Positions 26,097 to 35,303 of a stretch of DNA of 64,000 nt are shown here, piece by piece. Source of the DNA: an uncultured Planctomycetaceae bacterium (lineage in GTDB: Bacteria; Planctomycetota; Planctomycetia; Pirellulales; PNKZ01); the NCBI GenBank assembly GCA_964387325.1, contig CAYLYE010000002.1, forward strand, positions 17,911 to 81,910, in the 5' to 3' direction. Below the pieces are notes generated by a model. The model was not told the DNA's origin. It was given only the letters and a program-made list of their open reading frames with translations, and made no database searches. The translations under genes were made by a program, and so were the position numbers. How positions within the stretch are numbered: the first letter of the stretch is position 1; the number at the start of each line of letters is the position of its first letter.

Positions 26097-28526
26097 ATGC
26101 TCACCCCACGTTGCTTCGTTTTTACCGCGCTGCTGTTGCTCCTGATTGCTTCGGGCAGTCCGAGTTGGAGCGCCGAGGCGGCACCATCGTTTGCACAAGC
26201 CGGCAAGACGTTTCTGGTCAAGCACTGCGTGCGGTGTCATGGGGCGAACATGCCCAAGGCCGATCTGTCATTGCACTCGCTGACCGACGAGGCGGCGGTG
26301 CTCAAGTTTCGCAAACGCATGGAAGGGGTGCTCGACATGGTCGAGGCGGGCGAGATGCCCCCGGCCAAAGAGCCTCGCCCGTCGGCCGACGAGATCGCGG
26401 GCTTCCTCGCCTCGGTGCGCGGCATTTATGAAAAGGCTGACTCGAGCGGTGCGGTCGACCCGGGCCGGATCACGATGCGGCGACTCAATCGCGCCGAGTA
26501 CAACAACACGGTTCGCGATTTATTGCTGGTCGATTTTCAGCCGGCCGAGGATTTTCCGCCCGACGACGTGGGGCACGGCTTCGACAATATCGGCGACGTG
26601 CTCAGCGTCTCGCCGCTCTTGATGGAACGTTACCTGGCTGCGGCCGAGACTATCGCCAACCGGGTCATTCTGGCCGACATCCCCAAGCCGTCGAAGCGAT
26701 ATCTGTCGGGCCGATACTTGCAGCCGAACAATGCTCAGACCTCGCAAGGTCGTTTCCGGCAAATGGATGTGACGTCGAAGGAGCCCGTGCATGCGGGCCC
26801 TTTCACCGCGGCAGGAGATTACCTGAAGTTCACAGCCGATGCCGACCTCTTCTTTCGTGCCACGCTCTATGCCGAATCCAAGAGCAAAGCCCCCGTGAAG
26901 GTCGTGTTGTTCATCTCAGGCAAGGAACTGAGCGAGGTCTCCAGCGACGCCGAAATCGATCAACTGCTGGGCGCTGCCGTGCCGCAGATGAAGCCACTGA
27001 AGATCATGGGGACCTTCGAGATCACGGCCCGAGACGCGAAACAGCTGCAAACGATCGAAGTGCCGATCAATCACATGGGCAAGATCACGAAAGCGGGGAT
27101 CGCCTTGCTCAAAGGTCCCGAGGGGGACGAGCCCGCCAAGCTACACATCGAGAACCTTTGGAGCGAAGGGCCACTCGACACGCGTCCCGCCTCGCATCGG
27201 ATGATCTTGGCCAGCGATGAGAATGCATCTCCGCAGCAGCGAACGCGCGAGGTGCTCAATCGATTGCTCCCGCGAGCCTATCGGCGCCCTGTCACCAAGG
27301 ACGAAATCGAGTCGCTGGCGCGATTTGCCGATCAGGTCGTGGCCGACGGCCAGAAGTGGGAGCTGGGCATGCGACGGGTCGTGCAGGCGCTGCTCTGCTC
27401 GCCGAAGTATTTGTTCCGCGTCGAACTCGATGACCGGCCACAGACAAAGGAATCCCACGCAATTGACGAGTATCAACTCGCCTCGCGATTGAGTTATTTT
27501 CTTTGGAGCAGCATGCCCGACGACGAACTGTTCGGCTTGGCCGCAAAAAAACAGTTGACCGCACGGCTCGAAGAGCAAGTGCGTCGCATGCTGAAAGATC
27601 CCAAGTCAGCAGCGTTGATCGACAACTTCGCATTGCAATGGCTGCAGTTGGGCAAGTTGCAATCGCTCACCCCCGATGCGCAACTGTTTCCCTCGTTCAA
27701 CGAGAAACTGCGTCAGGCGATGATGGCTGAGACCAAGATGTTCATGCAGGAGATTGCCCGCGAAGATCGCAGCGTGCTCGACTTTATCCAGGCAGACTTC
27801 ACGTACATGAACGAGCCGCTCGCCAAACACTACGGCATGCTCGACAAGTTTCGCAAGAGTCTCAACGACGACGCCAAGTCGCGTGGCGTGCCGGTGAGAT
27901 ACGACAGTTACGCTCGCGTCCCCCTGACGGGTACCGATCGTGGCGGCTTGCTCACCCAGGCCAGCATTCTCACCGTGACCTCGAACCCGACGCGTACTTC
28001 GCCGGTCAAGCGGGGTCGTTGGATCCTCGAACAAATCCTCGGCACGCCCCCCCCTCCGCCGCCACCCAATGTGCCCGAGCTTGAGCAGCAGAAGGGACAG
28101 CTCACCGGATCACTGCGTCAGCGGATGGAACAGCACCGCAAGAACCCGGCCTGTGCCAGTTGTCATGCCCGTATGGACCCAATCGGCTTCGCGTTCGAGC
28201 ACTTCGACGCGGTCGGGGCGTACCGGCAGAAAGACGGCGAGTTTGAGATCGACGCTAGTGGGACTTTAACGGACGGGCGGAATATCCAGGGCCCGGCCGG
28301 TCTGCGCGAGGTATTATTAGAGAAGAAGGAACTGTTTACCCGATCATTAACGGAGCAGATGTTGACCTATGCCCTGGGACGGGGCCTCGAGTACTACGAC
28401 AAGCGTGCCGTCGACCGAATGGTTGCCGCGGCGGCCAAAGACGATTACAAATTCTCTCGGTTAGTCATTGAAATTGCACGGAGCGATCCGTTCCGTCTGC
28501 GTCGAGGAAAGGAAACAAACCCATGA
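26097..28526 (+). CDS. DUF1592/DUF1595/DUF1587/DUF1588/DUF1585-type (PSCyt3/PSD2-5) protein
   Basis: 809 aa. Signal peptide, then 'FLVKHCVRCHG' (CxxCH), 'RRLNRAEYNNTVRDLL', 'YQLASRLSYFLWSSMPDDEL', 'FALQWLQL', a poly-Pro 'GTPPPPPPPNVPE', and 'CASCHARMDPIGFAFEHFDAVGAYR'. Confidence 0.9.
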   Translation: MLTPRCFVFTALLLLLIASGSPSWSAEAAPSFAQAGKTFLVKHCVRCHGANMPKADLSLHSLTDEAAVLKFRKRMEGVLDMVEAGEMPPAKEPRPSADEIAGFLASVRGIYEKADSSGAVDPGRITMRRLNRAEYNNTVRDLLLVDFQPAEDFPPDDVGHGFDNIGDVLSVSPLLMERYLAAAETIANRVILADIPKPSKRYLSGRYLQPNNAQTSQGRFRQMDVTSKEPVHAGPFTAAGDYLKFTADADLFFRATLYAESKSKAPVKVVLFISGKELSEVSSDAEIDQLLGAAVPQMKPLKIMGTFEITARDAKQLQTIEVPINHMGKITKAGIALLKGPEGDEPAKLHIENLWSEGPLDTRPASHRMILASDENASPQQRTREVLNRLLPRAYRRPVTKDEIESLARFADQVVADGQKWELGMRRVVQALLCSPKYLFRVELDDRPQTKESHAIDEYQLASRLSYFLWSSMPDDELFGLAAKKQLTARLEEQVRRMLKDPKSAALIDNFALQWLQLGKLQSLTPDAQLFPSFNEKLRQAMMAETKMFMQEIAREDRSVLDFIQADFTYMNEPLAKHYGMLDKFRKSLNDDAKSRGVPVRYDSYARVPLTGTDRGGLLTQASILTVTSNPTRTSPVKRGRWILEQILGTPPPPPPPNVPELEQQKGQLTGSLRQRMEQHRKNPACASCHARMDPIGFAFEHFDAVGAYRQKDGEFEIDASGTLTDGRNIQGPAGLREVLLEKKELFTRSLTEQMLTYALGRGLEYYDKRAVDRMVAAAAKDDYKFSRLVIEIARSDPFRLRRGKETNP

Positions 28527-29869
28527 GCCATTATCAACACCTATCGCGTCGCCGTGTGCTACAAGGCTTGGGAGCAGCCGTGGCTTTGCCGTGGCTCGAA
28601 GCGATGGGCCCCGTCGCGGCTTGGGCTGCCACAGGCGAGCGCCGCGCGGCCGCAGCTCCGAACCGGATTGCCTTCCTGTATGTGCCCAACGGCATCAACA
28701 TGGAAGACTGGACCCCCGGCTACGAAGGGCCTCTTGGCGAGTTGACCTCGATTCTCAAGGAACTCGAGCCGCACAAGCAACACATCAACGTGCTCACCGG
28801 CCTGACGGCCGACAAGGCCCGCTCGCACGGCGATGGCGGCGGTGACCATGCCCGCGCCTTGTCAGCGTTCCTTACCGGAGCGCAACCGCGCAAAACCGAT
28901 GGCACCGACATCCGCGCGGGCGTGAGCGTCGACCAAGTTGCCGCGGCTCGTATCGGCGAAATGACGCGCCTCGCTTCGCTCGAAATCGGCTGCGATGCCA
29001 GCAACATGGCCGGCAATTGCGACTCGGGCTATAGCTGCGTGTACAACTCGACCATGTCATGGCGCTCGGCCACGCAACCGATTCCGAAAGAGTCGAACCC
29101 CAAGCTCGTGTTCGAGCGGCTCTTTGGTGGTGCTGGCGACAGCAACCGCGCCCAGCGAGACGCCCTGCGAAAAAGCATTTTGGACTTCGTGCGAGATGAC
29201 TCGGCCGCGCTCGCCAAACAGCTCGGCGCCAACGATCGCCGCAAGCTCGACGAATACTTCCACGCCATTCGCGATATCGAACAACGGATCGTCCGCGCGG
29301 CCAAGCTCCCCGAGATCAAGAAGCCCGACATGGCGGCTCCCGAGGGAATTCCCAAGGACTACGAAGAACACTGCCGGTTGCTTTGCGATCTGCTCGTGCT
29401 CGCGTTTCAGGCCGACGTGACCCGCGTGAGCACGTATGTGCTGGCCAACGAGGGGAGCAATCGCCCTTACTCGTTTATTGGCGTGAGCGAAGGGCACCAC
29501 GATCTCTCACATCACGGCAACGACAAGACCAAGAAACAAAAGATCGCCGAGATCAATCGTTTTCACGTGCGACAGTTGAACTACCTGCTCGGCAAGCTCA
29601 AGCAGGTGAAGGAAGGCCCCGGCACGCTGCTCGATCACTGCCTGATTGCCTACGGCAGCGGCAATAGCGACGGCAACGCACATAACCACGACAATCTGCC
29701 TGTGCTGCTCTGCGGTAACGGCGGCGGCACGGTGAAAACCGGACGACACATTCGCTACACGAACGAGACGCCGCTGAACAACCTCTGGCTCTCGATGCTC
29801 GAGCGAATCGACGTCCGCGTCCCGTTCCTGGGCGACAGCTCCGGAGCACTCGCCGGCCTGAACGGGTAA
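28523..29869 (+). CDS. DUF1552 (HxxSHH) protein, Tat signal
   Basis: 448 aa. 'LSRRRVLQGLGAAVALPWLEAM', 'RIAFLYVPNG', 'EGHHDLSHHG' (HxxSHH) and 'LIAYGSGNSDGNAHNHDNLP'. The ATG overlaps the upstream stop (ATGA). Confidence 0.9.
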   Translation: MSHYQHLSRRRVLQGLGAAVALPWLEAMGPVAAWAATGERRAAAAPNRIAFLYVPNGINMEDWTPGYEGPLGELTSILKELEPHKQHINVLTGLTADKARSHGDGGGDHARALSAFLTGAQPRKTDGTDIRAGVSVDQVAAARIGEMTRLASLEIGCDASNMAGNCDSGYSCVYNSTMSWRSATQPIPKESNPKLVFERLFGGAGDSNRAQRDALRKSILDFVRDDSAALAKQLGANDRRKLDEYFHAIRDIEQRIVRAAKLPEIKKPDMAAPEGIPKDYEEHCRLLCDLLVLAFQADVTRVSTYVLANEGSNRPYSFIGVSEGHHDLSHHGNDKTKKQKIAEINRFHVRQLNYLLGKLKQVKEGPGTLLDHCLIAYGSGNSDGNAHNHDNLPVLLCGNGGGTVKTGRHIRYTNETPLNNLWLSMLERIDVRVPFLGDSSGALAGLNG

Positions 29870-29951
29870 CAGATGCACGTGCCCTACGTGTGGAATTCTC
29901 GTGTCATCACTCATCTTCGCATCCCCAGCCAAGCTGCTCTCGGCTAGAATA

Positions 29952-29987
29952 CCCTCCGTTGTGAGCTTGCCACTCGGAGGGTTTTTT
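29952..29987 (+). terminator. GC-rich hairpin + U6; terminator of the 26097-29869 operon and/or SD-sequestering structure for the next gene
   Basis: CCCTCCG (29952-29958) pairs with CGGAGGG (29975-29981), with an inner GTG/CAC, followed by TTTTTT (29982-29987). The 3' arm is the GGAGG Shine-Dalgarno of ATG 29989. Confidence 0.45.
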
Positions 29988-29988
29988 C

Positions 29989-32400
29989 ATGCGCCGCGTT
30001 TGGATTCTGCTGTTGATCATGATGACCACCACGATGTCGATGTCAGCCGAGAACGGTTATCGGCTTCCTCCTCAGAATGTCGTCGACCTACTCACGGCCG
30101 CGCCTGAGCCGTCGGTGAGTTGGAGTCCCGACGGTCAATGGCTGCTGCTGATCGATCGCGATGCGATGCCCAGCATCGAGGACCTCGCCCGCCGCAAGCT
30201 GCAATTGGGAGGCATTCGTATTGATCCGGCCGCGAACGGTGCCTCGCGCACCGATTATGGTCGCGGGCTGTCGCTCCGCCGCCGTGACAGTGACACTCTG
30301 ACACGGTTGCCGCTGCCGGCCGATGCCCGAGTGGGACTGGTGAGTTGGTCGCACAACGCGCGCACGTTCATTTACTCGCTCGTGACCGATCGTGGCACGC
30401 AACTCTGGGGTATGACGGTTGAATCGGACGAGCCGCGATTGCTCAGCGATCGACTGTCAACCGTGCTGGGCAACCCCAGTTGGCTCCCCAGCGGCGATGC
30501 GATCCTCTGCTCGCTCACGCCCGAGAATCGCGGCGATGAACCGCCCATGCCCAAGAAGCCGCTCGGGCCGAGCATGCAAGAGTCGAGTGGCAACACATCG
30601 CCGGCCCGCACGTATCCGGACATGATTTCGTCACCGTACGATGAGGCGCTGTTCGCGTATCACACGACCACGCAGCTCGCCACGATCGACCTGCAAGGCA
30701 AATTGCAACCGATCGGCGCACCGCAGATATTTGATCGCGCCGAGCCCTCGCCCGACGGAAGCTACGTGCTGGTCACGATCATCAAGCGGCCGTTCTCGTA
30801 CACGCTACCCTACACGTCGTTCCCCCAGGAGATCGCGGTTTGGGACCTGAACGGCAAGCGAGTTTATCTCGTCGCCGACGTGCCGCTGGAGGAGAATATC
30901 CCCATCGAAGGGGTGCGCACGGGGCCACGTCATGTGAGTTGGACGAGCAGCGATCCGGCCCGGCTCATGTGGTTCGAGGCCCATGATGGTGGCGACCCGC
31001 GACGCAAAGTGCCTCATCGCGATGGTTTGATTTCACTCTCGGCACCGTTCAATAGCGTGCCTGAGCAATTGCTTAATGTCGAGCACCGCGCCGTCGACGT
31101 GTCGTATTTTCGCGATCCATCGCTCTGGGCCATGACGGAATATGATCGTGATCGCCGCTGGGTGCGAACGCTGCTGCACAATGAGAAGCAACGCGGTGAG
31201 CCTAAGGTGCTCGTCGATCGCAGTATTCGTGACCAGTACGGCGACCCAGGCGATATTGTCCCGAAACGCAACGAGCACGGGCATGCCATCGCGCGGCAAG
31301 ACGGTTCATGGATCTACCTGTCTGGCGCGGGCGCGACGAACGAGGGCTATCTGCCGTTCCTCGACCGAATGAATCTCGACACGCTGGCAACCGAGCGACT
31401 CTGGCGTTGCCAACCGGGTCACCTCGAAAGCACGGCGCTGCTCGCCTCGTCGTCGGCCGACGCGAAGCCGTCGATCATCACCCGGCAGGAATCGCCGACC
31501 TCGCCGCAGAATTATCTGCTGCGCGATCTGCAGGCCGGTACGACTCGCCCTCTCACGACATTTCGCGACCCGACGCCGCAGATTCGCAACATCAAAAAGG
31601 AGTTGGTGAAATACAAGCGGGCCGATGGCGTGCCTCTGTCGGCGACTTTGTATCTGCCGGCCGATTATCAGCCGGGTCAGCGTCTGCCGCTGTTTATTTG
31701 GGCCTATCCGCTCGAATTTTCCGACCCGAGCACGGCCGGCCAAGTGACCACCAGCCCCGCACAGTTCACGCGCATTCGAGGCATCTCGCACTTGGCCTTG
31801 CTCACGCAGGGCTACGCGATCTTGGACAACGCGACGATGCCCGTGGTGGGTGATCCCGAGACGATGAACGACACGTTTGTCGAGCAAATCGTTTCGTCCG
31901 CGCAAGCCGCGATCGATAAGGCGGTCGAGATGGGCGTGGCTGATCGCAATCGAGTGGCCGTCGGAGGTCATAGTTACGGCGCGTTTATGACCGCCAACTT
32001 GCTGGCCCACTGCGATCTGTTTCGTGCCGGCGTGGCGCGGAGCGGCGCGTACAACCGGACCCTCACGCCGTTTGGTTTCCAGGCCGAGCGACGGCCGTAC
32101 TGGCAAGCCAAAGACATTTATCTCAAGCTCTCGCCGTTCACATACGCAGATAAGATCAAGGAGCCGTTGCTACTCATTCACGGCGAGAACGACAACAACA
32201 CCGGCACGTTTCCGATTCAGTCCCAACGCATGTTCCAGGCCATCAAGGGGAACGGCGGCACGGTCCGGCTCGTGATGTTGCCGCATGAGAGTCACGGTTA
32301 CGTGGCGACCGAGTCGGTGCTGCACACGCAAGCCGAGACCATCGACTGGCTCAACCGCTACGTCCGCGACGCGAAAGAGTCCGACTCGCCTAGGAAGTAA
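29989..32400 (+). CDS. prolyl oligopeptidase family (S9) serine peptidase with N-terminal beta-propeller
   Basis: 803 aa. Signal peptide 'MRRVWILLLIMMTTTMSMSA'. C-terminal alpha/beta hydrolase with 'GGHSYGAFMT' (GxSxG), 'LLIHGENDNN' and 'LPHESHGY'. Confidence 0.9.
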   Translation: MRRVWILLLIMMTTTMSMSAENGYRLPPQNVVDLLTAAPEPSVSWSPDGQWLLLIDRDAMPSIEDLARRKLQLGGIRIDPAANGASRTDYGRGLSLRRRDSDTLTRLPLPADARVGLVSWSHNARTFIYSLVTDRGTQLWGMTVESDEPRLLSDRLSTVLGNPSWLPSGDAILCSLTPENRGDEPPMPKKPLGPSMQESSGNTSPARTYPDMISSPYDEALFAYHTTTQLATIDLQGKLQPIGAPQIFDRAEPSPDGSYVLVTIIKRPFSYTLPYTSFPQEIAVWDLNGKRVYLVADVPLEENIPIEGVRTGPRHVSWTSSDPARLMWFEAHDGGDPRRKVPHRDGLISLSAPFNSVPEQLLNVEHRAVDVSYFRDPSLWAMTEYDRDRRWVRTLLHNEKQRGEPKVLVDRSIRDQYGDPGDIVPKRNEHGHAIARQDGSWIYLSGAGATNEGYLPFLDRMNLDTLATERLWRCQPGHLESTALLASSSADAKPSIITRQESPTSPQNYLLRDLQAGTTRPLTTFRDPTPQIRNIKKELVKYKRADGVPLSATLYLPADYQPGQRLPLFIWAYPLEFSDPSTAGQVTTSPAQFTRIRGISHLALLTQGYAILDNATMPVVGDPETMNDTFVEQIVSSAQAAIDKAVEMGVADRNRVAVGGHSYGAFMTANLLAHCDLFRAGVARSGAYNRTLTPFGFQAERRPYWQAKDIYLKLSPFTYADKIKEPLLLIHGENDNNTGTFPIQSQRMFQAIKGNGGTVRLVMLPHESHGYVATESVLHTQAETIDWLNRYVRDAKESDSPRK

Positions 32401-32484
32401 GAAGCGATTCACTTAGCGACGCTGAGAAGGAACGCGCAGCAAGTGGATGAGCAGAGGGGCAGGGAAGTGGAGGGGGAAGTAATC

Positions 32485-32556
32485 GCCACAAAATACACAA
32501 GCGAACGCAATATGAAATACGGAGCTTTCATTGCGTCTTTTTGTGCCCTTTGTGGC
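32485..32556. terminator. long imperfect hairpin between convergent genes (candidate bidirectional terminator)
   Basis: GCCACAAA (32485-32492) pairs with TTTGTGGC (32549-32556). Inner pairs are CACAA/TTGTG, CGCAAT/ATTGCG and TGAAA/TTTCA. It is followed by TATTTTC on the + strand. The patch between stops 32400 and 32596 is AT-richer. Confidence 0.4.
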
Positions 32557-32595
32557 TATTTTCTACCGTTCGCAATTGAACGATTTTCCTCACGA

Positions 32596-33837
32596 TCACG
32601 AACCAAACACCGGCTGGATTTGGTTCAGCCGCTCGATGGTCTGGCGCATGAGCGCGTCTTCAGCGGCTTCGTCGGCCGCTTCATAGGTGACCGAGAATCG
32701 CAAGAACGAGCCGGCATCGTCCCAGGGAACGGTGACGATCGAATGCTCGTTGATCAGGTACTGACTACACTCCTCGGCGTTGGCAAACTTGCGGCCGTCG
32801 CTCGCTAAGCCCTTGGGGCTCGGCGTGTACAAAAAGTAGGTGCCGCCAGGGACTTGGCAATCGAAGCCGCAACGCTTCAGCGCATCGACCAACTTTCGCA
32901 AACGGCGTTCGTACTTGACGCGCACACGCTGTGGAATCGTGTCATCGTCGAGCGCAACGGCAGCCGCCTTCTGAATCGCCATGAACTGCCCCGAGTCGCT
33001 GTTGTCTTTCACGTCGGCCAGGGCCTGCACAATGCGCTCGTGACCGCACACAAATCCGATGCGCCAGCCGATCATGTGCCAGCCTTTGCTCATCGAATGA
33101 ATTTCGATGCCCACATCTTTAGCACCTGGCACTTGCAAGAACGACAGTGGTGGCTGAGCAAAGCTGAGCATCGAGTGCGCCGCGTCTTGCACAACCACGA
33201 TCTTGTTTTTCAGCGCGAAGTCGATTACTCGCTTGTAGAAATCGACCGTGGCGAGTTTGCCCGTCGGGCTGTTCGGATAGTTGATCACGAGCAGCTTGGC
33301 CTTATCGCACACGTCGGCCGGGATCGACTCCAGATCGGGAAAGAAATCGTTCTGCTTAAGCAGCGGCAGACGATGCACCGTACCACCGTAATACTTCGTA
33401 TGGGTGCCGGCTACGGGGTACCCTGGCACGGTCATCAACGTGATGTCGCCCGGGTTAATGAACGCCGCGGGGATCATGGCCAGAGCGGTCTTGGAACCGA
33501 TGCAGTGGTTGACTTCCTTGACCGGGTCGAGCGCCACGCCAAATGTTCGCTGCATGAACCGCGCGGCGGCCTCTTTATACGCGGCGATACCATTGTCGGC
33601 ATAGCCACGATTGGTGGGCAAATTGATCTCGCATTGCATGGCGGCCCGAACGTTCTCGGGAGCCATCTCGTCGTTCTCGCCGATTCCGAAGTCGATGAGC
33701 GACCGCTCGGGATGCTCGGCCAAGGCCTTGCGTTTGGCGCGCTTGATCTTCTCGAACTTATAGATCTCGGTGCCTTTACCGTAGTTGATGCCGCCGATCC
33801 GCTCGGCGAATAGCTGCTGAAAGTAAGGGTCGCTCAT
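32596..33837 (-). CDS. class I/II PLP-dependent aminotransferase, probable LL-diaminopimelate aminotransferase (DapL-like)
   Basis: 413 aa. 'IDFGIGENDE', 'RGYADNGI', 'NYPNSPTG', 'VVQDAAHS' and 'HSMSKGWHMIGWRIG' (PLP-lysine context SxSK). The DapL assignment is from overall resemblance only. Confidence 0.8.
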   Translation of the reverse strand: MSDPYFQQLFAERIGGINYGKGTEIYKFEKIKRAKRKALAEHPERSLIDFGIGENDEMAPENVRAAMQCEINLPTNRGYADNGIAAYKEAAARFMQRTFGVALDPVKEVNHCIGSKTALAMIPAAFINPGDITLMTVPGYPVAGTHTKYYGGTVHRLPLLKQNDFFPDLESIPADVCDKAKLLVINYPNSPTGKLATVDFYKRVIDFALKNKIVVVQDAAHSMLSFAQPPLSFLQVPGAKDVGIEIHSMSKGWHMIGWRIGFVCGHERIVQALADVKDNSDSGQFMAIQKAAAVALDDDTIPQRVRVKYERRLRKLVDALKRCGFDCQVPGGTYFLYTPSPKGLASDGRKFANAEECSQYLINEHSIVTVPWDDAGSFLRFSVTYEAADEAAEDALMRQTIERLNQIQPVFGS

Positions 33838-33873
33838 GGCTCTCGATTCCGCGATATGGCGAGTTATAGATAC

Positions 33874-33971
33874 TCAGGTAATGCACTCAGGAGGCCGAGC
33901 AACGCAAGGCCGGTATTTTCGGACTCCCGATGGTCGTCCTATTAACTTAATTACCTGAACCTCAATAAACC
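33874..33971 (-). repeat. copy 2 of the 98-nt conserved intergenic element (sense = - strand)
   Basis: The reverse complement is 81/98 identical to 17793-17890. P1 (UCAGGUAAU/AUUACCUGA) and P2 (GGAC/GUCC) are fully Watson-Crick here. The element ends 36 nt upstream of the aminotransferase ATG (33837). Confidence 0.7.
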
Positions 33972-34019
33972 GCTAAGTTACCCTGCGACCGACAGGCAAA
34001 CAAGGGACTATTCGGTGGC

Positions 34020-35078
34020 TCAATCCAAGACCATTTCGCTGCCTTCAGTGATTAACTGCCACTGCCCGCCAGGCACATCGCGGAATATCTTGCGGTAGCG
34101 GGGTGAGTCTCGCTGCTCGTGGGTCACGTCACGAATGACGATGCGCCGTACCTGATCCGGATACCGACGCACGATCGTGGCGTAAATTTCCGGATCGCGC
34201 TCCCCTGAGTCGCCAATCAAGATAAATTGCCGACCGGGCGCGGCCGTAAACAACGACTCGATCAAGGGCAACTTATGCTGCTCTGGTTCGGCAAACAACG
34301 CCTTGATACCGTCCGTGTCCCAGGCAAAACGCTTCAGATGCCATGAACCTTCGGGAAAATTGGCTTGCTGGCAAAACGGTGCCAATCCCGGATAGAGTTG
34401 CCAGGGGCCAGCCGACAGGTAGTGAAACATCGCTCCTTTCGCTAAGAGTTTCTGATACGCCTCAGCCATGTGTGGTGCCGCCTCGAACGGATCTAGAAAC
34501 GTCCGTTCGAGTAAGCGGCGTTTGTCGCGGACCTCAGAGATCTTGATCGTGTCGTCGACATCCGACACCACGCTGAGCCCCGTGGGTTCAACAAACCCCA
34601 GCCGGCCGGCGAATTGCGGATAGCCACGCTTCTCGTCCGCAGCGACAAACGACAGCCATTGGACAGCCGTCGGCGCGTCGGGTTGTCGTAACGCGTCGAC
34701 CTCCTTCGCGCTCAAGATCACGGTGCCGCGAAAATGGCCATCGCTCGACGATGGTGACATTGCAAAGCGATGCTGACCAAGCCGAACATGGAGTCGTTTA
34801 CCCCGTTCGTTGTCAACGACAAACGGCTCTATGCGCTGACGAAAAAGCAACGACTCGTCGACCGAGCGGTCGAGTTCGAGCAACTCGCGAAACGCCACGC
34901 TGCGCACACGGGTCTTCAGATCAACTTCGTAGATCCAACCATGCACCTCGCCACGCCATTCATTTTGAACTTGGTCGTAATGGGCCAGCGTCGGAAAAAA
35001 CACAACGCGCTCGTCACTGGCGAGGCTGTCGGCTCCACAGCTAACCCACACGAGCAAGCAATTTAACGCGACGTTCAT
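34020..35078 (-). CDS. App1-family phosphatase (DUF2183, phosphatidate phosphatase-like)
   Basis: 352 aa. Signal-like N-terminus. 'VVSDVDDTIKIS' (DxDxT), 'FHYLSAGPWQLY', 'FILIGDSGERDPEIY'. Confidence 0.8.
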   Translation of the reverse strand: MNVALNCLLVWVSCGADSLASDERVVFFPTLAHYDQVQNEWRGEVHGWIYEVDLKTRVRSVAFRELLELDRSVDESLLFRQRIEPFVVDNERGKRLHVRLGQHRFAMSPSSSDGHFRGTVILSAKEVDALRQPDAPTAVQWLSFVAADEKRGYPQFAGRLGFVEPTGLSVVSDVDDTIKISEVRDKRRLLERTFLDPFEAAPHMAEAYQKLLAKGAMFHYLSAGPWQLYPGLAPFCQQANFPEGSWHLKRFAWDTDGIKALFAEPEQHKLPLIESLFTAAPGRQFILIGDSGERDPEIYATIVRRYPDQVRRIVIRDVTHEQRDSPRYRKIFRDVPGGQWQLITEGSEMVLD

Positions 35079-35303
35079 CGGACGGCACTTCGTTTAAGCG
35101 GTAGAGGTGAGGCAACGTGTGCGGGCGACTCGATCCGAGCAAGTCTGTCGACCAAACGCCACGCGACCTTGAATCGAATCAGAAACATTTTGTGTCACAC
35201 TTGAACGATTATACCAGTTGTGCGGGCTGGTGTTGCGAGACTTGTCAGGTTGTAGCGGTCGTGCGAGCGCGCAGCACTGGTAGCACAGAGAACCCTGGAA
35301 AGA

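Noticed and set aside
28041-28075. C-rich run encoding PPPPPPP in the DUF1592-type gene, considered as a slippage-prone or phase-variable tract.
   Set aside because: It is a mixed CCC/CCT/CCG/CCA codon run, not a homopolymer. A poly-Pro linker just upstream of the CxxCH...DP.GF block is, as I recall, usual for this protein family.
32443-32808. 121-aa ORF between the S9 peptidase and the aminotransferase.
   Set aside because: Its first half is the long terminator-like hairpin, and its second half is antisense to the conserved C-terminus of the aminotransferase.
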